A stretch of 48,465 nt of DNA, counting the filler, from Bipalium vagum (taxonomy: Eukaryota), in assembly GCA_037834085.1 (NCBI GenBank). It is 2 parts of 2 records of this genome, joined end to end, with 100 filler letters (N's around TTAATTAATTAA, not from the genome) between each part and the next. Parts side by side here need not be neighbours in the genome. Positions count along the whole stretch, not along the records: positions 1 to 21,937 come from JBBMKC010229084.1; positions 22,038 to 48,465 come from JBBMKC010148197.1. One strand, given 5' to 3'. Position 1 is the first letter of the stretch. Each line of letters begins with the position of its first letter. Of this stretch, positions 10,559 to 23,819 are shown in pieces. The notes beneath the pieces were generated by a model. The model worked only from the letters and a program-made list of their open reading frames with translations. It was not told where the DNA came from and did no database searches. The position numbers were made by a program, and so were the translations under genes.

Positions 10559-13500
10559 AGAAACGAACCGACAGATCAGCAGTCTCAGGAGCAATTAGGT
10601 TACAGATCTCTGTCGAAATCAAAGGTGAAGAAAAGGTTGCCCCCTATCATATTCAGTATACCTGTCTACATGAGGTACGTTAAGATCTTTCATCATTGTA
10701 CAAAAGAACCAGTGTTATTATTTTCATATATCTCATATCATATCATACTGGTAATGAATTTCTTATCAAGTTTTAATTTTGCTTATTAGAATATTTTCCA
10801 TTACCTATGCGAAGAAAACAAGCTGATGGGAAAGCCGGAATTAACATTCACCAATAATAAAAATGTAAGGCTTTTTCTTTTTTGTGTACAGTTTAGATTA
10901 TGATTTCAAAAGAACGTTTGATCTTGATAATTCAGAAAATTGTTTTTACCATATCCTGTTCAATTTATTAATTACAAGGGTGCTTTAATCAAGTTAAATA
11001 TTTTGGCATCTATGTCTTGATTATGAATGCAATGGATGATTTATTCTATTTGTTAATTAAATTATTTAAAAGTATAAGGGATCCCATTTAATTATGAGTC
11101 CGTAATCAATAAAACCTCAAAATAAATTTTATTCATACAAAATTGACAGCCACCAAGTTTATTTAAATATTATAGAAACAACATTGCCAAACCAACCTGA
11201 ATATTGATTCGAGCATTTATTATTATCAATTAATGTTGATATTGGTTTATCTCATACTCTATACTCTTATCCATTTTCCATTTTCTCGAGCGTACAGAAT
11301 TTCTTGAACTTTCAAGGAAACATTCATTGATAAGTTTGTTGGAGACTTTATCGACTCAATTTTGTCTTCTTTCTAATCAGCATTGGATAATAACGTTGGT
11401 TGAAAGATGGCAGAGATAATTCGTAATAATGGTGAATATATTAATTAATGATGATTAAAATCTAATCAGTAAAACTTTTAGTGTTATCTCTTTATTAAAA
11501 GGCTCACGAACTGGTTTGCTAACGAAACACTTTAATGTTAAAACCATTCAAATATTATATTATCACTGATTATTTTTCTTATATAAAATAATTTTACTGT
11601 GAAAAAGTACCAGTCGTTTAACTTTAAATTTGTTAGCATTAAAATAGGCTCAAAGGATTTTTAGGGAAATTGTAATCAGAAATATTGGTACAGAATTCGA
11701 TCTCTGTAATTTTGTATAAAATATTAAGTGAAAGAAAATTTTAAAAAATTGTTTCGAATTATTTTTATTTCAGAAATTAGCATTGGTCAATAATAATAAA
11801 TAATGAGTACTTTTGTCATTCGATACTGAAGAAACGAATTACCATTGTTGTAAAATCGTTAATTATTGAAATATTGAATATTAATTGCCCAAAGATTGAT
11901 CCATGAATTTATTACTATCTTTATATTTTTATTTTACTATTTATTTGTTTAAATGTTTACAACAGAAATAAATTAAATTTCCTATCGATTAAAGATCAGA
12001 AATATCTTAGTTTTGGGATACTTCTATTTCTTTAAATTCTTTTAAAGGGTTAGAACAAATATTTAATATAATAGGAAAATAATGTCCGATTTTGACATTC
12101 AACCTGAAACCTCAAGTTCAATCCACTTTTATTCAATTGAAATTAAAACAAAATTTAAATAATTGTATTTCAATAAAAGTATAACAAGTGTCTAAATTGT
12201 AGAAGTCTTTTAGTGAAAAATTCAAATATGAATAAAATACACGTTAGGGAAATCTAACTTTATGAATTAAAAAAAGCCATTGTGCTGCCGGAGTCAGGCA
12301 AAACATCATTCGGGCAGGAAACAGTTAATGAGTATATCATAAAATCATGGTTTAAACATTTTGAAGATGGAGATGAGAGACTTGTTGATTAAGAAGATCT
12401 ATCATGTCATTTTGTAATGGCCAATACAAAATTGAATGAGTTGAATATGTTAAATTCTAGCTTAACAAGCCGATTGATCGCAGAACACTTCCACAATTGT
12501 CATTCAACAGTTCTGGATTACCTAAGTCAGAAACTTGGCACAAATGGATTCTCTAAGATTTAAATTTTTTAAAAAAATTTCATTTTAGTGTGTTTCTTTA
12601 GTCTCTTCTTTTGCAGAATATCACCAATCCTTTTCACGTACGCATTATGATAATTGACAGAAAATTCAACTGTAATCGGTAATAACAATAGTTACATAGT
12701 GCCTAAGTTCAAAATCAAAGTTTCCAATGTAGTTCAAGTTTCCAATTCTTTTTGAAGGTAATGCTGGTCTACATGTTTCACAAATGACGTTGCGTAAATT
12801 ATACACAATGAGCTAAAAGATATTAAGTAGTTCTCCACACCTTCCGGATTGGTTGCCTACTCATTATTTTTTTGGCATTTTGGTCTCTTACTCAAATATA
12901 AAATTTTAATAACAAAGATGTCTCCCGAAATGCTTTAATATAAGTTTACAGATTCCAGAGCACATGGACTGTATGCAATTTTGGATACTTTTCGTTGGCT
13001 AACATGTGTTGACTCTACCAATTTTTATTTTGACTAATAAAATTACTTGATTTATTTAAGTTTAAAGTTGAATATTAAAATTGGGCATTATTTTAAAACA
13101 ATTTATCCAATTTTTTATTAAATGCTTATTACAAGAAATTTAATTTCAATAAATTATTATTATTATTATTATTATTTTTCCATTAATTAAAAATTTAACT
13201 TTTAAAATATTATTAAAATAAAATCAATATTTCACAAAATTCTATTACTAAAATTTATATTAATAATATAATATGAAAAATTTGATTTAACTGTAAGTAT
13301 TACTATTGTCCTACATGGTTTTACCATTTAAACAATGAAATTGTATAACAATAATTTATAAAAATAATAATTTTTAGCTAATGAGTGAAAGTTACATTCA
13401 TCGATTTATGACTTAAAAACTGTTTGTTTAAATAATAAAATAAACCTAGAAGTATTTTTTTGTTAATATATAAGGATAATTGACAAGTTAAATGTTCTCC

Positions 13501-16500
13501 ATATATTTAATATTCAATAATATCTCTGATTATTTTTTTTATTAAATAAGAATACCATTGGTAACAGCAATAATATTATGTGCATTAGTATAATTCTGGC
13601 TTTTACAAAAATAAGGTAAAATATGTCGTTCTATGAATAAATTAAATTTGTATATATTATTTGTAGGATCATATATTAATAATTCAATAAAATCATTCAA
13701 TAAATTTATTTAAATCGATATTGTTTAAGTAATACAGAAATTCAAAATGGCCAATTTAGTTCCAAATAAAGGTCATTTACGGCAGCCAATGCTGTATTAC
13801 AATAAATAAATAAAACTTTTTAAAAATGTATTTTTTGTATAAAAAAGCCGGAATCATACTATTACACCTAATATTTCAGGTGAGGTAAAGTCTCGTAAGC
13901 CAGTTCTAGTAGTTTTGCGTAGTTAATTTTGTAACGTTATATATCGAATTTTATATTATTCAAACAAACCTAAACTAATAACATAAAATTTTATTTCGAT
14001 AGAGGCCTACCTATCATAATATTATAAATCAATAATTATAAAAATATTAATCAGTCTTAATATATTTTTATTTTAAATTTAAATAGAAAAACGATAATAG
14101 TTTTCCCTTAGACTAATATAAATAGTTTAATTAAAGAATTTTAATTTTATTATATTTCTATGAGGATTTGTAATTAGTATTTTAATCATGTGGATTTGGC
14201 TCCTTTGATTGATTGTCCTGGTTTCTTTTCCGACGTCATTCGAATAATGGTACAGATTAAAATTTTTTTTTAAAAATTTGTTGCAATAAAGAGGACGTGT
14301 TATCCTTTCATTTTTGGATACATAAGTCTTATAATTAAGGGTAAAATCAATTTATTTCCAAATGAAAAAATGATTTTATTAAGGAAATTCAAAATCATGT
14401 TATGAATCGATGAATAGAATATAGTTCCAGAGACTGGTGTTTACTTTTCCCGATAAAAATTTGATCCTATATAGATAAAAGACATTTGATAATGATATAT
14501 ATTTTTTATGTTAAGCTGGAAGAAACATGGAAGATATTTTTTGACTGGCCATCAGAAGACATAATTGAGGAGTTTGCAATGAGATATGGGATTGAGTCGA
14601 TTTACCAGGCCATGACGTGAGTGAGTGGTTCGTAGCAATTATTGAATATTTGTCCATTTCTAGACATTTCTCATGCCTCACAACAAAATTTATGTGTCCC
14701 GGGGTACCAGCGGTCCTATCCACGCTGCTGGCCAACATCAATGCCTATTACGCTCACACAACCTCGACCACAAATAGATCAGCCAGTGAACGGTTTGCTG
14801 CCAACAATTTCGGAGTAATTGCTCAACTTTCAGCTATTTTATTATAAGTTTCCTTTTTAATGGTTTTATTGCTCTTTCAAATTTTTTATGGTTATTTACT
14901 TTCCCATTTATATTATCAAAGCCTTTCATGAATTCCTCCACATATATAAAGAAGGTTTAATGAGCTTTTACAAATTTGAAGCTCTGCTAATTTTATTCAT
15001 CTTTAACCATAATTAAACTGCTTTAATTAAAAGTTAATAACAATAATATTTTTCAATATTTATATTAATATTTCTTAGTGAAAATAATCTTTTTTGACAT
15101 TGATTTATTAGGAAAAGGGAACTTGTTTAAATTTATCAAAATTATTTTCAACTTAAATAAGTTTTTAAATGTTATTTAAGTTATTTAGAATATTATATAT
15201 CAAGAATAATTGTTTAAATTACTGTTAAACATTATATTATATTAAAATATAGTGATATAATCGATAATTTCTATTACACTATTGTTGATAATGTAGAAAA
15301 ATATTAATCAAACTCTATTATAACCATACTCATATCAAATTAATTTGTTAAAACAACTCTATTTTTTCACACAAGTGATCAGTCAAATATTTTTCAATAG
15401 AACTTCGTTTCTTGTAACAATCAATAGTAATTTAATATTGGGTTGATTCATAAGTTCGTGCGTTTTTAACATAATTTAACATAATTACTAACATACACTA
15501 AAACAAAACTAGAGAATCAATACATGGTGAGAGTCAAAAAGAAAACGAATCACTTCACTAAGAGTATTTTAAAATTAATTCACTTACGATTGTCAACCTT
15601 AGCTTCGATACTGCTAAATATTATAATATTTATTTATTTATATACGCATTTTAATAAATGAATACAAAATTTTTCAAATATATATTTTCTTGTTACATGT
15701 TTCAAACCTTTATTTTTCAGTTCTTCATCAGTCAATGTTTTTGATAATTTACATTTTCAATCGCTAAATAACGGTATCTAAAAATTAAAAAATATTTTTC
15801 TTAATTATTATTCAATAAAATAATTTTTAAAATTTTTTTTTCTCCTTTAAAAAATTAATCGCAGAAAACATTTACGACCCATTGGTTCTTACTCTCTCCC
15901 GTTTGGATGTTAATATTTGATTGTCTTTCTTTGATTAATAATGATTCACAGATTATATTAATATTATTATTTTATTTTATAAACATTATTATTTAATCTT
16001 TTTAACTTTATATTTTTTAAACCTTGCATTATTATCATGTAAATAAACTACAGTAAAACCTGTCAATGTTGGGCACCACTGGGCCGAATATTTTGTTCAA
16101 TTAATACAGGTCTCTAAATTAACAGGTTTCACTGTATTATGAAAAAAATAATTAATATATAAAATATAAAAGAATTTCAAACTTAAATAATAATTGGTAA
16201 ATTTTCAGAAAGAAAAGTTCATCAAACTGTTAGATCAGCTCCATAACTCAATAAAGATCAATTTATGTGTTTATCGAGTACGTTTTATTGTTAAATCAAT
16301 TATTTTCTGTCGATTTTAAAATTACTGTAGACGTACTTTATTAAATATTTTTTATTATTTTATTAATTTTTAATGTTTTTTCAATGATCGTTACATATCG
16401 GTTTACAGGATGAAATATTTTAATAGTAAATGACCTAAACCGTTTCGGCCAGTTTAAAACATTTTTCATACGATATAAGCATTTTTGAATCAAATGTCTT

Positions 16501-19500
16501 ACATTTTGTTCTGTAACCTTTCTCTGCTTAATTGGTCATCCATAATGTTATCACTATAGCATTTCTGAGATTTCAAGTAATTCAAATCGGTTTTTTTCAT
16601 CTTTAAAGTTGAGAATTAATATCACTTTTCTTGAAGACAATGTCGGCATTGTGATCATTTGCGGAGCTTGACTTATTTGAACCACAATTTTTTTATCACA
16701 TTATTATCATTTTAGTAAAATTTTCATCTTCCTTGATCACATTTAAAGAAAAGGTTCAAGTTCATTTCTTTTCAATAAAGATTCACAAATAAAATTCGGA
16801 AAATTAAATCCTTTTCCTATAAATTATGAGGCACCAAAATATAAAACTTTTCTTGTAACCAAGCCTTTCCAGATAATTTAAAGCAGTTTGTTGACAAATT
16901 TCTAGATCCTTTTAAATATGACAGATACTTGTCGAACAGTTTTGGTGTATTATTTTCATAGTTTCGACGTCTACATTTACAAGTGGTCGGCTGGAACAAA
17001 GCACATCTTCCAACTCATCGTTTAACTTTCTAGAATCTTGCGAACCACTGTCACACCGTCCTTTGTCATCAGATCGCATAATTTTTTTAACGGCATAACG
17101 GACATTTTCAACTTTCTAGAAATAAATTTCATAACGCATCGGATTTCTTTTTTTAATTCTTTGACATCTTTTAATTCTGATAGACAAATGATATTATTGT
17201 TATAATTTGTGTTTCTATTTATTCTAAGGATTTCATTTTACCAACAGATTCATTAAAACTGAATTCAAATTGCAACAGTCTATGACAGAAACCACGGAAA
17301 CGTTTTAAGTCACCTACAGCTTTAATATAATAAATTAAATAATATAATAATATTATTTATTCGTCAATTTTTGTACTTACTAAATAAAAACCAAGAATAA
17401 TTGCTCTGTGAATTATCGAAATCTATCAAAGTTATTTTGTTGTACCTTTACAAATTTTTCACTTTTTAATATAATTTGTCTGATCCATTCATGACGTACG
17501 CAAATCTTCAAACGTAAAATCTTAAACTATTTTTTTAATTTTTAATTAAATATTTTTTTCATTTAGAGGAGATGAAATACTTTTTTAAAAAAATTAATAA
17601 AAAGATAATAAAGTATTTTAATATCAACAAAATTTAAATCGATATTTTACCAATCTATTTATAATTTATATTGATTTTGAAAAAAGAAATTAATCAAGAA
17701 ACTTAATTAATTTTCAATTATTTTTCACTAATAATATTCAGGCTATGATGAACACTTTTGAGAAAATAAATTTAATTAAATCTTTTAATCAAAATATTTT
17801 TTCTCAAGTCTGAGTTAACTACATATTTATTGTTTTATTAATAATAAATTTAATTATGAAGAAATTAATTAATTAAGTTTTGGTAATAATAATAGAGATT
17901 TAATTCATATTTAAACCGGAATTTTTCTCAAATATATTTCCTTTTAAAATCGATTAATTTTGAAGGTGAATTTAAAGGAGGAAAAGGACAGGAAGATAGA
18001 TAAGGAGATAAAAATAAATATATCATTAATTAGAATTATTTATCGAAAATATCCTAATAATTGGAAAAGAATAAAATCTCTCTTTTTCCAATTTCGATCT
18101 GGCGAAAATAGTACTGTTTCATTGATTTTATATTTCAGGCTACATAATTTAATTTTGTTTAAATTAAAGAAAAAAATGAATAAAGATAAAAAATTTCCAG
18201 ACTTTTCAAATTATATTTTTCGACGTCCATATTTCAAATATTGCCGCAAGGTAAACTTGGATTATTTAAACAAAGCCTTAAAATTTTAAAATGAGCGATA
18301 TTATAATTGGTGTACTTTAATTTCTTTCAATCAGAAATATTCTTAATAAACATTATTTTCTGATACAAAATAGTGTCAGGTAAGACCTTTAGCAAAGACC
18401 CGACTAATTGTGTCAAGGTAAAAATATCAAAATTATTTGACAAGCATTTTGATAAATCAAAATCTTTATTAAAATCACTGGTTTAAATAATTAATAAATT
18501 TTTAAATTAATATAAGTTAATATTTTAATTAATTATTTAATTATTACATAATCGAAGATTACTTAAACAAAACCATCAAAAAAATTTTCTTCAAATAAAC
18601 ATAGTTTTAATTGTGTGTTATAAACTGAAATATCCAAAGCAGCGATTACAGTAATTGTATTATTTATTTTGTTCAAGATTCAGAATTTCATTCAAATTTA
18701 AATATAAATATAAAATACATTTTCCATTGGATTTTGAGTTTCTAATCAGTTACATACCAGAGAAGTACTTGTTATGGGAAATACTTAGTTGTCAAGCATG
18801 AAATATGGAGTTAATGATGTCAATATTTACATATTTCTCATGTTTAAAGTAATCTTTGTAAGCAGAAAAAGTATTAATCAATTTTATTTAAAATGGATAT
18901 ATCTGAAATGCACAACATTGTTAAATATGTGTTTTTACACACCATTACGATATTACCAGAAATATTATTAGTGTATTTGGTTGCAGTGTTACTACACTGA
19001 CCTCACAAATGACCCATGAATTACCCATCATTCAAAAATCCGTAATAACAAATTCATAATAACTGGTTAGACTAACCAGTGTACCGATCTCAGGTTAGAG
19101 TATCTATGAATTGTCAGTGAAATTTGGTATTATTAAATAAACAGTGTTAAATCCTTTAGCTCAAATAGAAAAGGTGAAAAAGTTGTATAAATGAATTCCA
19201 CATGAATACCAAGAATCACCGAAACACATCCAGAGGTGTAATAAATAATCAAACAAACGGTTGGTAAATTAAAAATATTACTTAACACTACAATTAACAT
19301 CATTACCAAGGATAAATTTAGAGACTATCAGGTCTTAAAGAAAAAATTAAATGCATGATAACACTTAATAATAAACGATAACAATATTACTATCACAATT
19401 TTAATAATATTAATAATAATAGTAGTATTAATATGATAAAAATTTTATTCCTAATCAAAAATCAATCTTTTTTTTAATAAAATTCATATATCAAAGGAGA

Positions 19501-21838
19501 TTAGGAGATTTTATGCCATTTCTCCTAAATTGGTCTGTTGTCTCAGATTAATGTTATCCTAAGAGAAAATTTTCAAAATTAATAAATAAAGTTGTTTGAA
19601 AGTTATTTTATTTTACCGTATTCATAATAATATCAATATAAAAATATTAGGAAACATTTCAATTAAATGAAAACAAAAAATCAATAGTTGATTTTATGCA
19701 TATTTTACGGGGAGTTAATTCAACAGACAATCAATGCATTATTTTTATATTAAATATTAAAAAATCCCAGGAGTACTCTGAATTTTAAAATTTTTATTAT
19801 TAATTTCCACTTACCATATATTGAAATTTATTTTTATGGTAAGAAATAATTTAAACTATTGGCTTGTCAGAAAATTTCATGAGTTTTTTTACAATAATCG
19901 GTTTTGTTTGATTTTCATGCACTTATACAAAAGAGAAATAATTAATTTAAATATGGTTTAAAATTTGTAATATTTGACATTTCAGATTTAAAATTTATTT
20001 AAATCGATTAAAAGATATTTATATTTGGCAGAATTTCAAATAAACATATTTATCATGTTTCCCAGGTTTTTTCGAAATATTTAATCCACTTTTTCAATTT
20101 TCTTAATACTTCAAAAGAAATTCACAAGTAAATATCGATCTCAAATGTGAATATAAATTAAAAATTTACAGTTTGATTTAAAAAGATTTTTTTAGACGAA
20201 ATTGGTGTGTTTTATGGGGAATTTTAAATTGTAAGTAAAACTTAACATTTAATCATTTTAATTTTGTTGTTACTAGTGGATTATATCACTACAATAAAGA
20301 GAAAACAGCGAAAAATGAACATCAATAAATATATATTGTTTCTTATAAATATATAATAAAGCTACGAACATGTCAGAAAGAGTTCAAAGCTTTAGATGAA
20401 ATATTTTAAATAAATAATTAGATGAATAATCAGAATGATGATCTTTCAGAAAAGTAATTAAAATCTTAGACAAACATTCCTGGTATATTTACTGATTTAT
20501 TGCCAAACATCCATGTTTGAAACATGGCTTTAAAAACCTTTCTCAGAAATGGCAATGTACAGCATCAACTTCTTTTCATATTTTTTCTTCAACTTTTATT
20601 TTATATTGGGTGGATATGTAGCAGGAATGTAGAAATAACTGTTATTGCTAGGCAATAGAGAGTTGTTCAACGTAAAATATTTTCCCCATTGATTTTCTGA
20701 TTTCATAAAATTTTACAACGCGCTCTCGAAGCACATATTGTTTTAAAGTCAGTTTTTCTTGTAAAATAGAGTATAAAAAAAAATTTATTAAAAGTAATAT
20801 TTAGTCATCATAGGAACGATAAAAGATGTTTATAATAACTTTCTTTAAAAATATATTTATAGATTTTGCATTTGAAATTAGTCGAGATTTCTATTTTACA
20901 CCCGCTATTATTAATACATATTACATATATTAATACATAGTCACAAAGAAAGGTGATCATGTAGAAAATAACTAAATTTTGTTTGTCTTTGTTTCAATGA
21001 CAAAAATCAAAGTGACCTCAAATACTTTTTTGTTATAACTATGAGATTACTTATTATTTAAGACCTGAATTTACTAATGCTTATTCAAAATTGAAAATTA
21101 AGATAAGATGAAAGATATTTGAAATCAATCAAATTGAAAATAAAACCCTTTTTAAGATGTGCAATAATGTGCTATGTTAAATAAATCGTTGTAAATTAAA
21201 TTAATTTTATATTTGTCTTAAATAAACCTTTGGTAATTTAATTTATTATAAAAATATATCAAATTAAAATGAGAAAATATGTAAAAAAAGTTTAATTATT
21301 TTTTTTTAATAATTTAAGTTATTAAAATTTATATAATTTTTATTTTTTTTACATTATATACCAAAGACCATCAAGTTTTTATTATTATTTATCAATAATT
21401 TAATAATATTACATTTATCTTTTATTAAAATTTCCATCTATTGAATGGTCTATTTTAAATAGGTCAAATGGGATTATTTATATTACCGTTTATAAAAATA
21501 ATTAAAATATAATATAATTTTTATATAAGTACACTGAATGAATGATAATAATGATATCGAAAGTATAATAAACGGTCAATGTATAAATAAATTTTGCAGA
21601 ACATTGTTTAATCAAACCAAAAACATTGTAAAATATTCGATTTTAATTTTATATATATTATTAACATATACAGTAAGTAACAGAATATTTAATAAATAAT
21701 TTTTAATTAAAATAATTAGCTGTCATTATAATTTTAATGTTTTTCAAGAACGCATTTATGTCCAGCCAACCTGAAAGATTAAATGATCTCAAGTCTACTG
21801 TGGATCTGCTAACCAGCATTACATTTTTCAGGATGAAA
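10559..21838 (+). CDS. unc-13: Unc13/Munc13 synaptic vesicle priming factor, six internal exons (end of C2B into the MUN region); partial at both ends
   Basis: Exons 10559-10674 ([38 protein letters not shown]), 10790-10864 (NIFHYL), 14516-14616 ([16 protein letters not shown]), 14664-14814 ([23 protein letters not shown]), 16209-16277 ([14 protein letters not shown]) and 21749-21838 ([23 protein letters not shown]). All are GT-AG and phase-compatible. Confidence 0.95.
11230..11530 (+). mobile_element. mariner relic, 3' end
   Basis: Typical mariner C-terminus (LVERWQ...IRNNGEYIN*, frameshifted) followed by a TIR-like sequence. Confidence 0.55.
12230..13090 (+). mobile_element. Degenerate mariner transposon
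   Basis: [27 protein letters not shown] (HTH), a decayed YSPDLAP-like region near 12835-12880, and C-terminal [14 protein letters not shown]. Confidence 0.7.
13747..13810 (+). mobile_element. mariner N-terminal fragment
   Basis: [18 protein letters not shown] resembles the Mos1-type N-terminus. Confidence 0.45.
16051..16134. mobile_element. 84-bp MITE with 17-bp TIRs and TA flanks (Tc1/mariner-pogo superfamily)
   Basis: Left CAGTAAAACCTGTCAAT versus right (reverse complement) CAGTGAAACCTGTTAAT, 15/17 identical. TA at 16049-16050 and 16135-16136. Confidence 0.8.
16400..17160 (-). mobile_element. Degenerate mariner transposon
   Basis: Minus strand: EIRCVMKF...QWFARF...[11 protein letters not shown] (HTH and GRP-like linker), and [18 protein letters not shown]...FELL. 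Confidence 0.6.
20400..20780 (-). mobile_element. Tc1-like transposase, 5' relic
   Basis: [20 protein letters not shown], similar to the N-terminus of the element at 38380-39100. Confidence 0.45.
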
Positions 21839-21937
21839 GTGAGTTGTTAATAATTTTCTTGCTTTCATAAAATATATTTGAGCTGTCTTTCAAATTATAG
21901 GCTGGTATTATTATTTATTATTATTATTATTATTATT

Positions 21938-22037
21938 NNNNNNNNNNNNNNNNNNNNNNNNNNNNNNNNNNNNNNNNNNNNTTAATTAATTAANNNNNNN
22001 NNNNNNNNNNNNNNNNNNNNNNNNNNNNNNNNNNNNN
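21938..22037. other. Artificial contig spacer: N44 + TTAATTAATTAA + N44
   Basis: Exactly 100 nt and symmetric. The central palindrome has stop codons in all six frames. Preceded by an (ATT)n run where the contig ends. Confidence 0.95.
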
Positions 22038-22259
22038 TTTAGTAAATTTTATTCAGTTTTTAGGAAAATAATTAGGTTTTGGGTGGTGGCTATAATTTTA
22101 TTTCCACCAGTGTATTACTATTAATAATTCTTTTTTAATATTTTCTTACATTTTTTATATTTTAAAATTTTTTTTAAGTAGTGTAAAAAAAATTTTAAAT
22201 TAATAATTATTTCTCTTTCTAGTCTGAGATCGTTGGATGATGAAAAATAGGTTGTTTAC

Positions 22260-22900
22260 AACAATGTTGTACATCAAAGGCCATATCGTTGGACCGACCA
22301 GTCCCTAAAACAAGCATCAAAAATACCTTACATTCAACAATCATGCTGAGATTTTAAAGGAATCATTTATTAAAAGTTTCAAACTATCTGCCAAAATGAT
22401 TTATTCTGGTATGTACTATTGACAATTATCCCAGCTGAACTATGCAATACACGAAATGCGTTTATAATGTGCAAATTGTAAGGCATAAAAAATATAATGT
22501 CTGGTATTATTTATCATTTATCACCATTTGTTGACTTCTGTGTTGAATCTATTGCTTGATAATTCATAATCAGCGGACTTAACTTCTACACTTCATATTT
22601 GTTTCGGTTAATACAGAATTTTTTGAATGGGAAAACACTAATTGACAAGGAATTCGTTATTATCATTAAAACATCCTGGGTGAAAATACAATTCATGAAA
22701 AATATACTTGTCAGTAAAGTTATGTTTGTTTTATTTCTAATAAAAATTTACCAACCAAACATTATTACAAAGTTATCCTACAAAAACATGCATTTAATCA
22801 CCAATGTCTATTTAATCAGGTCAACATCGTTCTTAAATGATGCAGGACAGTTTCACATATTGATTTTCAATAATGTTTGTGGATGATATTTTCATTAATT
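22260..22900 (-). mobile_element. Possible piggyBac-like transposase relic
   Basis: Weak decayed motifs on the minus strand (KTNITLLTSIF, YNLHIINAF, CFRDW). No intact ORF or TIR. Confidence 0.25.
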
Positions 22901-23819
22901 TAACCATAAACTAAATGCAGTATTTATCAATATTTTTTCGGTAAGTATCAGTTTGATATCTATTACGATTTTCTGATTTCCACAAAAGATGACCTACTAC
23001 GCCTGTTACACAATGTCAACGACGCACAAAGTACGCAATAATTCCTGGTCGTACTTCCCTGACTCGTGCTCTACAAATTCCGTTCGCAAATATAATGCGA
23101 TTTCTTTGTTTCATTTTATTCTTTTGGCGTTGAAAATTTACCTTTAAATAATAATATTATTTTTAGAAATCAAAATAAAAAATCATTTTTTAGAAATCGA
23201 TTTTGATTTTATAGCTTACATTAATTACTAACATGGATCACTTAAATAAAATCAAGGCAAGTACATTTCTTGCCGATATGTACAAATAAATTATTGCCTA
23301 AATCTGTGTTGGAAGTGCTATTGTGAATAGTAATTGAATTTCCACTTATTCTATTACAATTGAACTATTTTCTATCTGTAATTTAGCAGAATAAGCAAAG
23401 AATAAATAATATAATAATAAAGAGAATACGAAAATGATTCTTAAATGAATCTTTCATCTTTCAGAAACAAGATTCAGAAGCGCACTTGAATCTTTATCAT
23501 TCAAATGTTGATAATGTTTAAGATAGTTATATTTATTATTTATACTTTCTAATAATATTTGCAACAATGCTGACTGAAGTCCAGTGAAAAGTTCAGTGAA
23601 ATCTGTGAGAATATATTGACCAAAGTATTAGTAGAAGAATTATGAATATTAATTATTTAATTTTAACTATGATAAAACGAATAATTCATTATGAAAATGT
23701 TTATTACAACTGATTTGATAAATAATATTATCGATTACATCAACGTTAAAATCCATCGTAAAAAATTAATTGAAACATTGGATTAGAGAAAACACTTCAA
23801 AAAATGTGATTAATAAAAT

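Noticed and set aside
17960-18971. AT-rich ORFs (also 424-699, 9456-9665, 39969-40448, 44778-45071)
   Set aside because: Low-complexity K/I/N/F-rich chance ORFs or transposon debris with no supportable product.
21982-21993. Palindrome TTAATTAATTAA as a biological site
   Set aside because: Centred in symmetric N runs totalling 100 nt, so it is an assembly linker.
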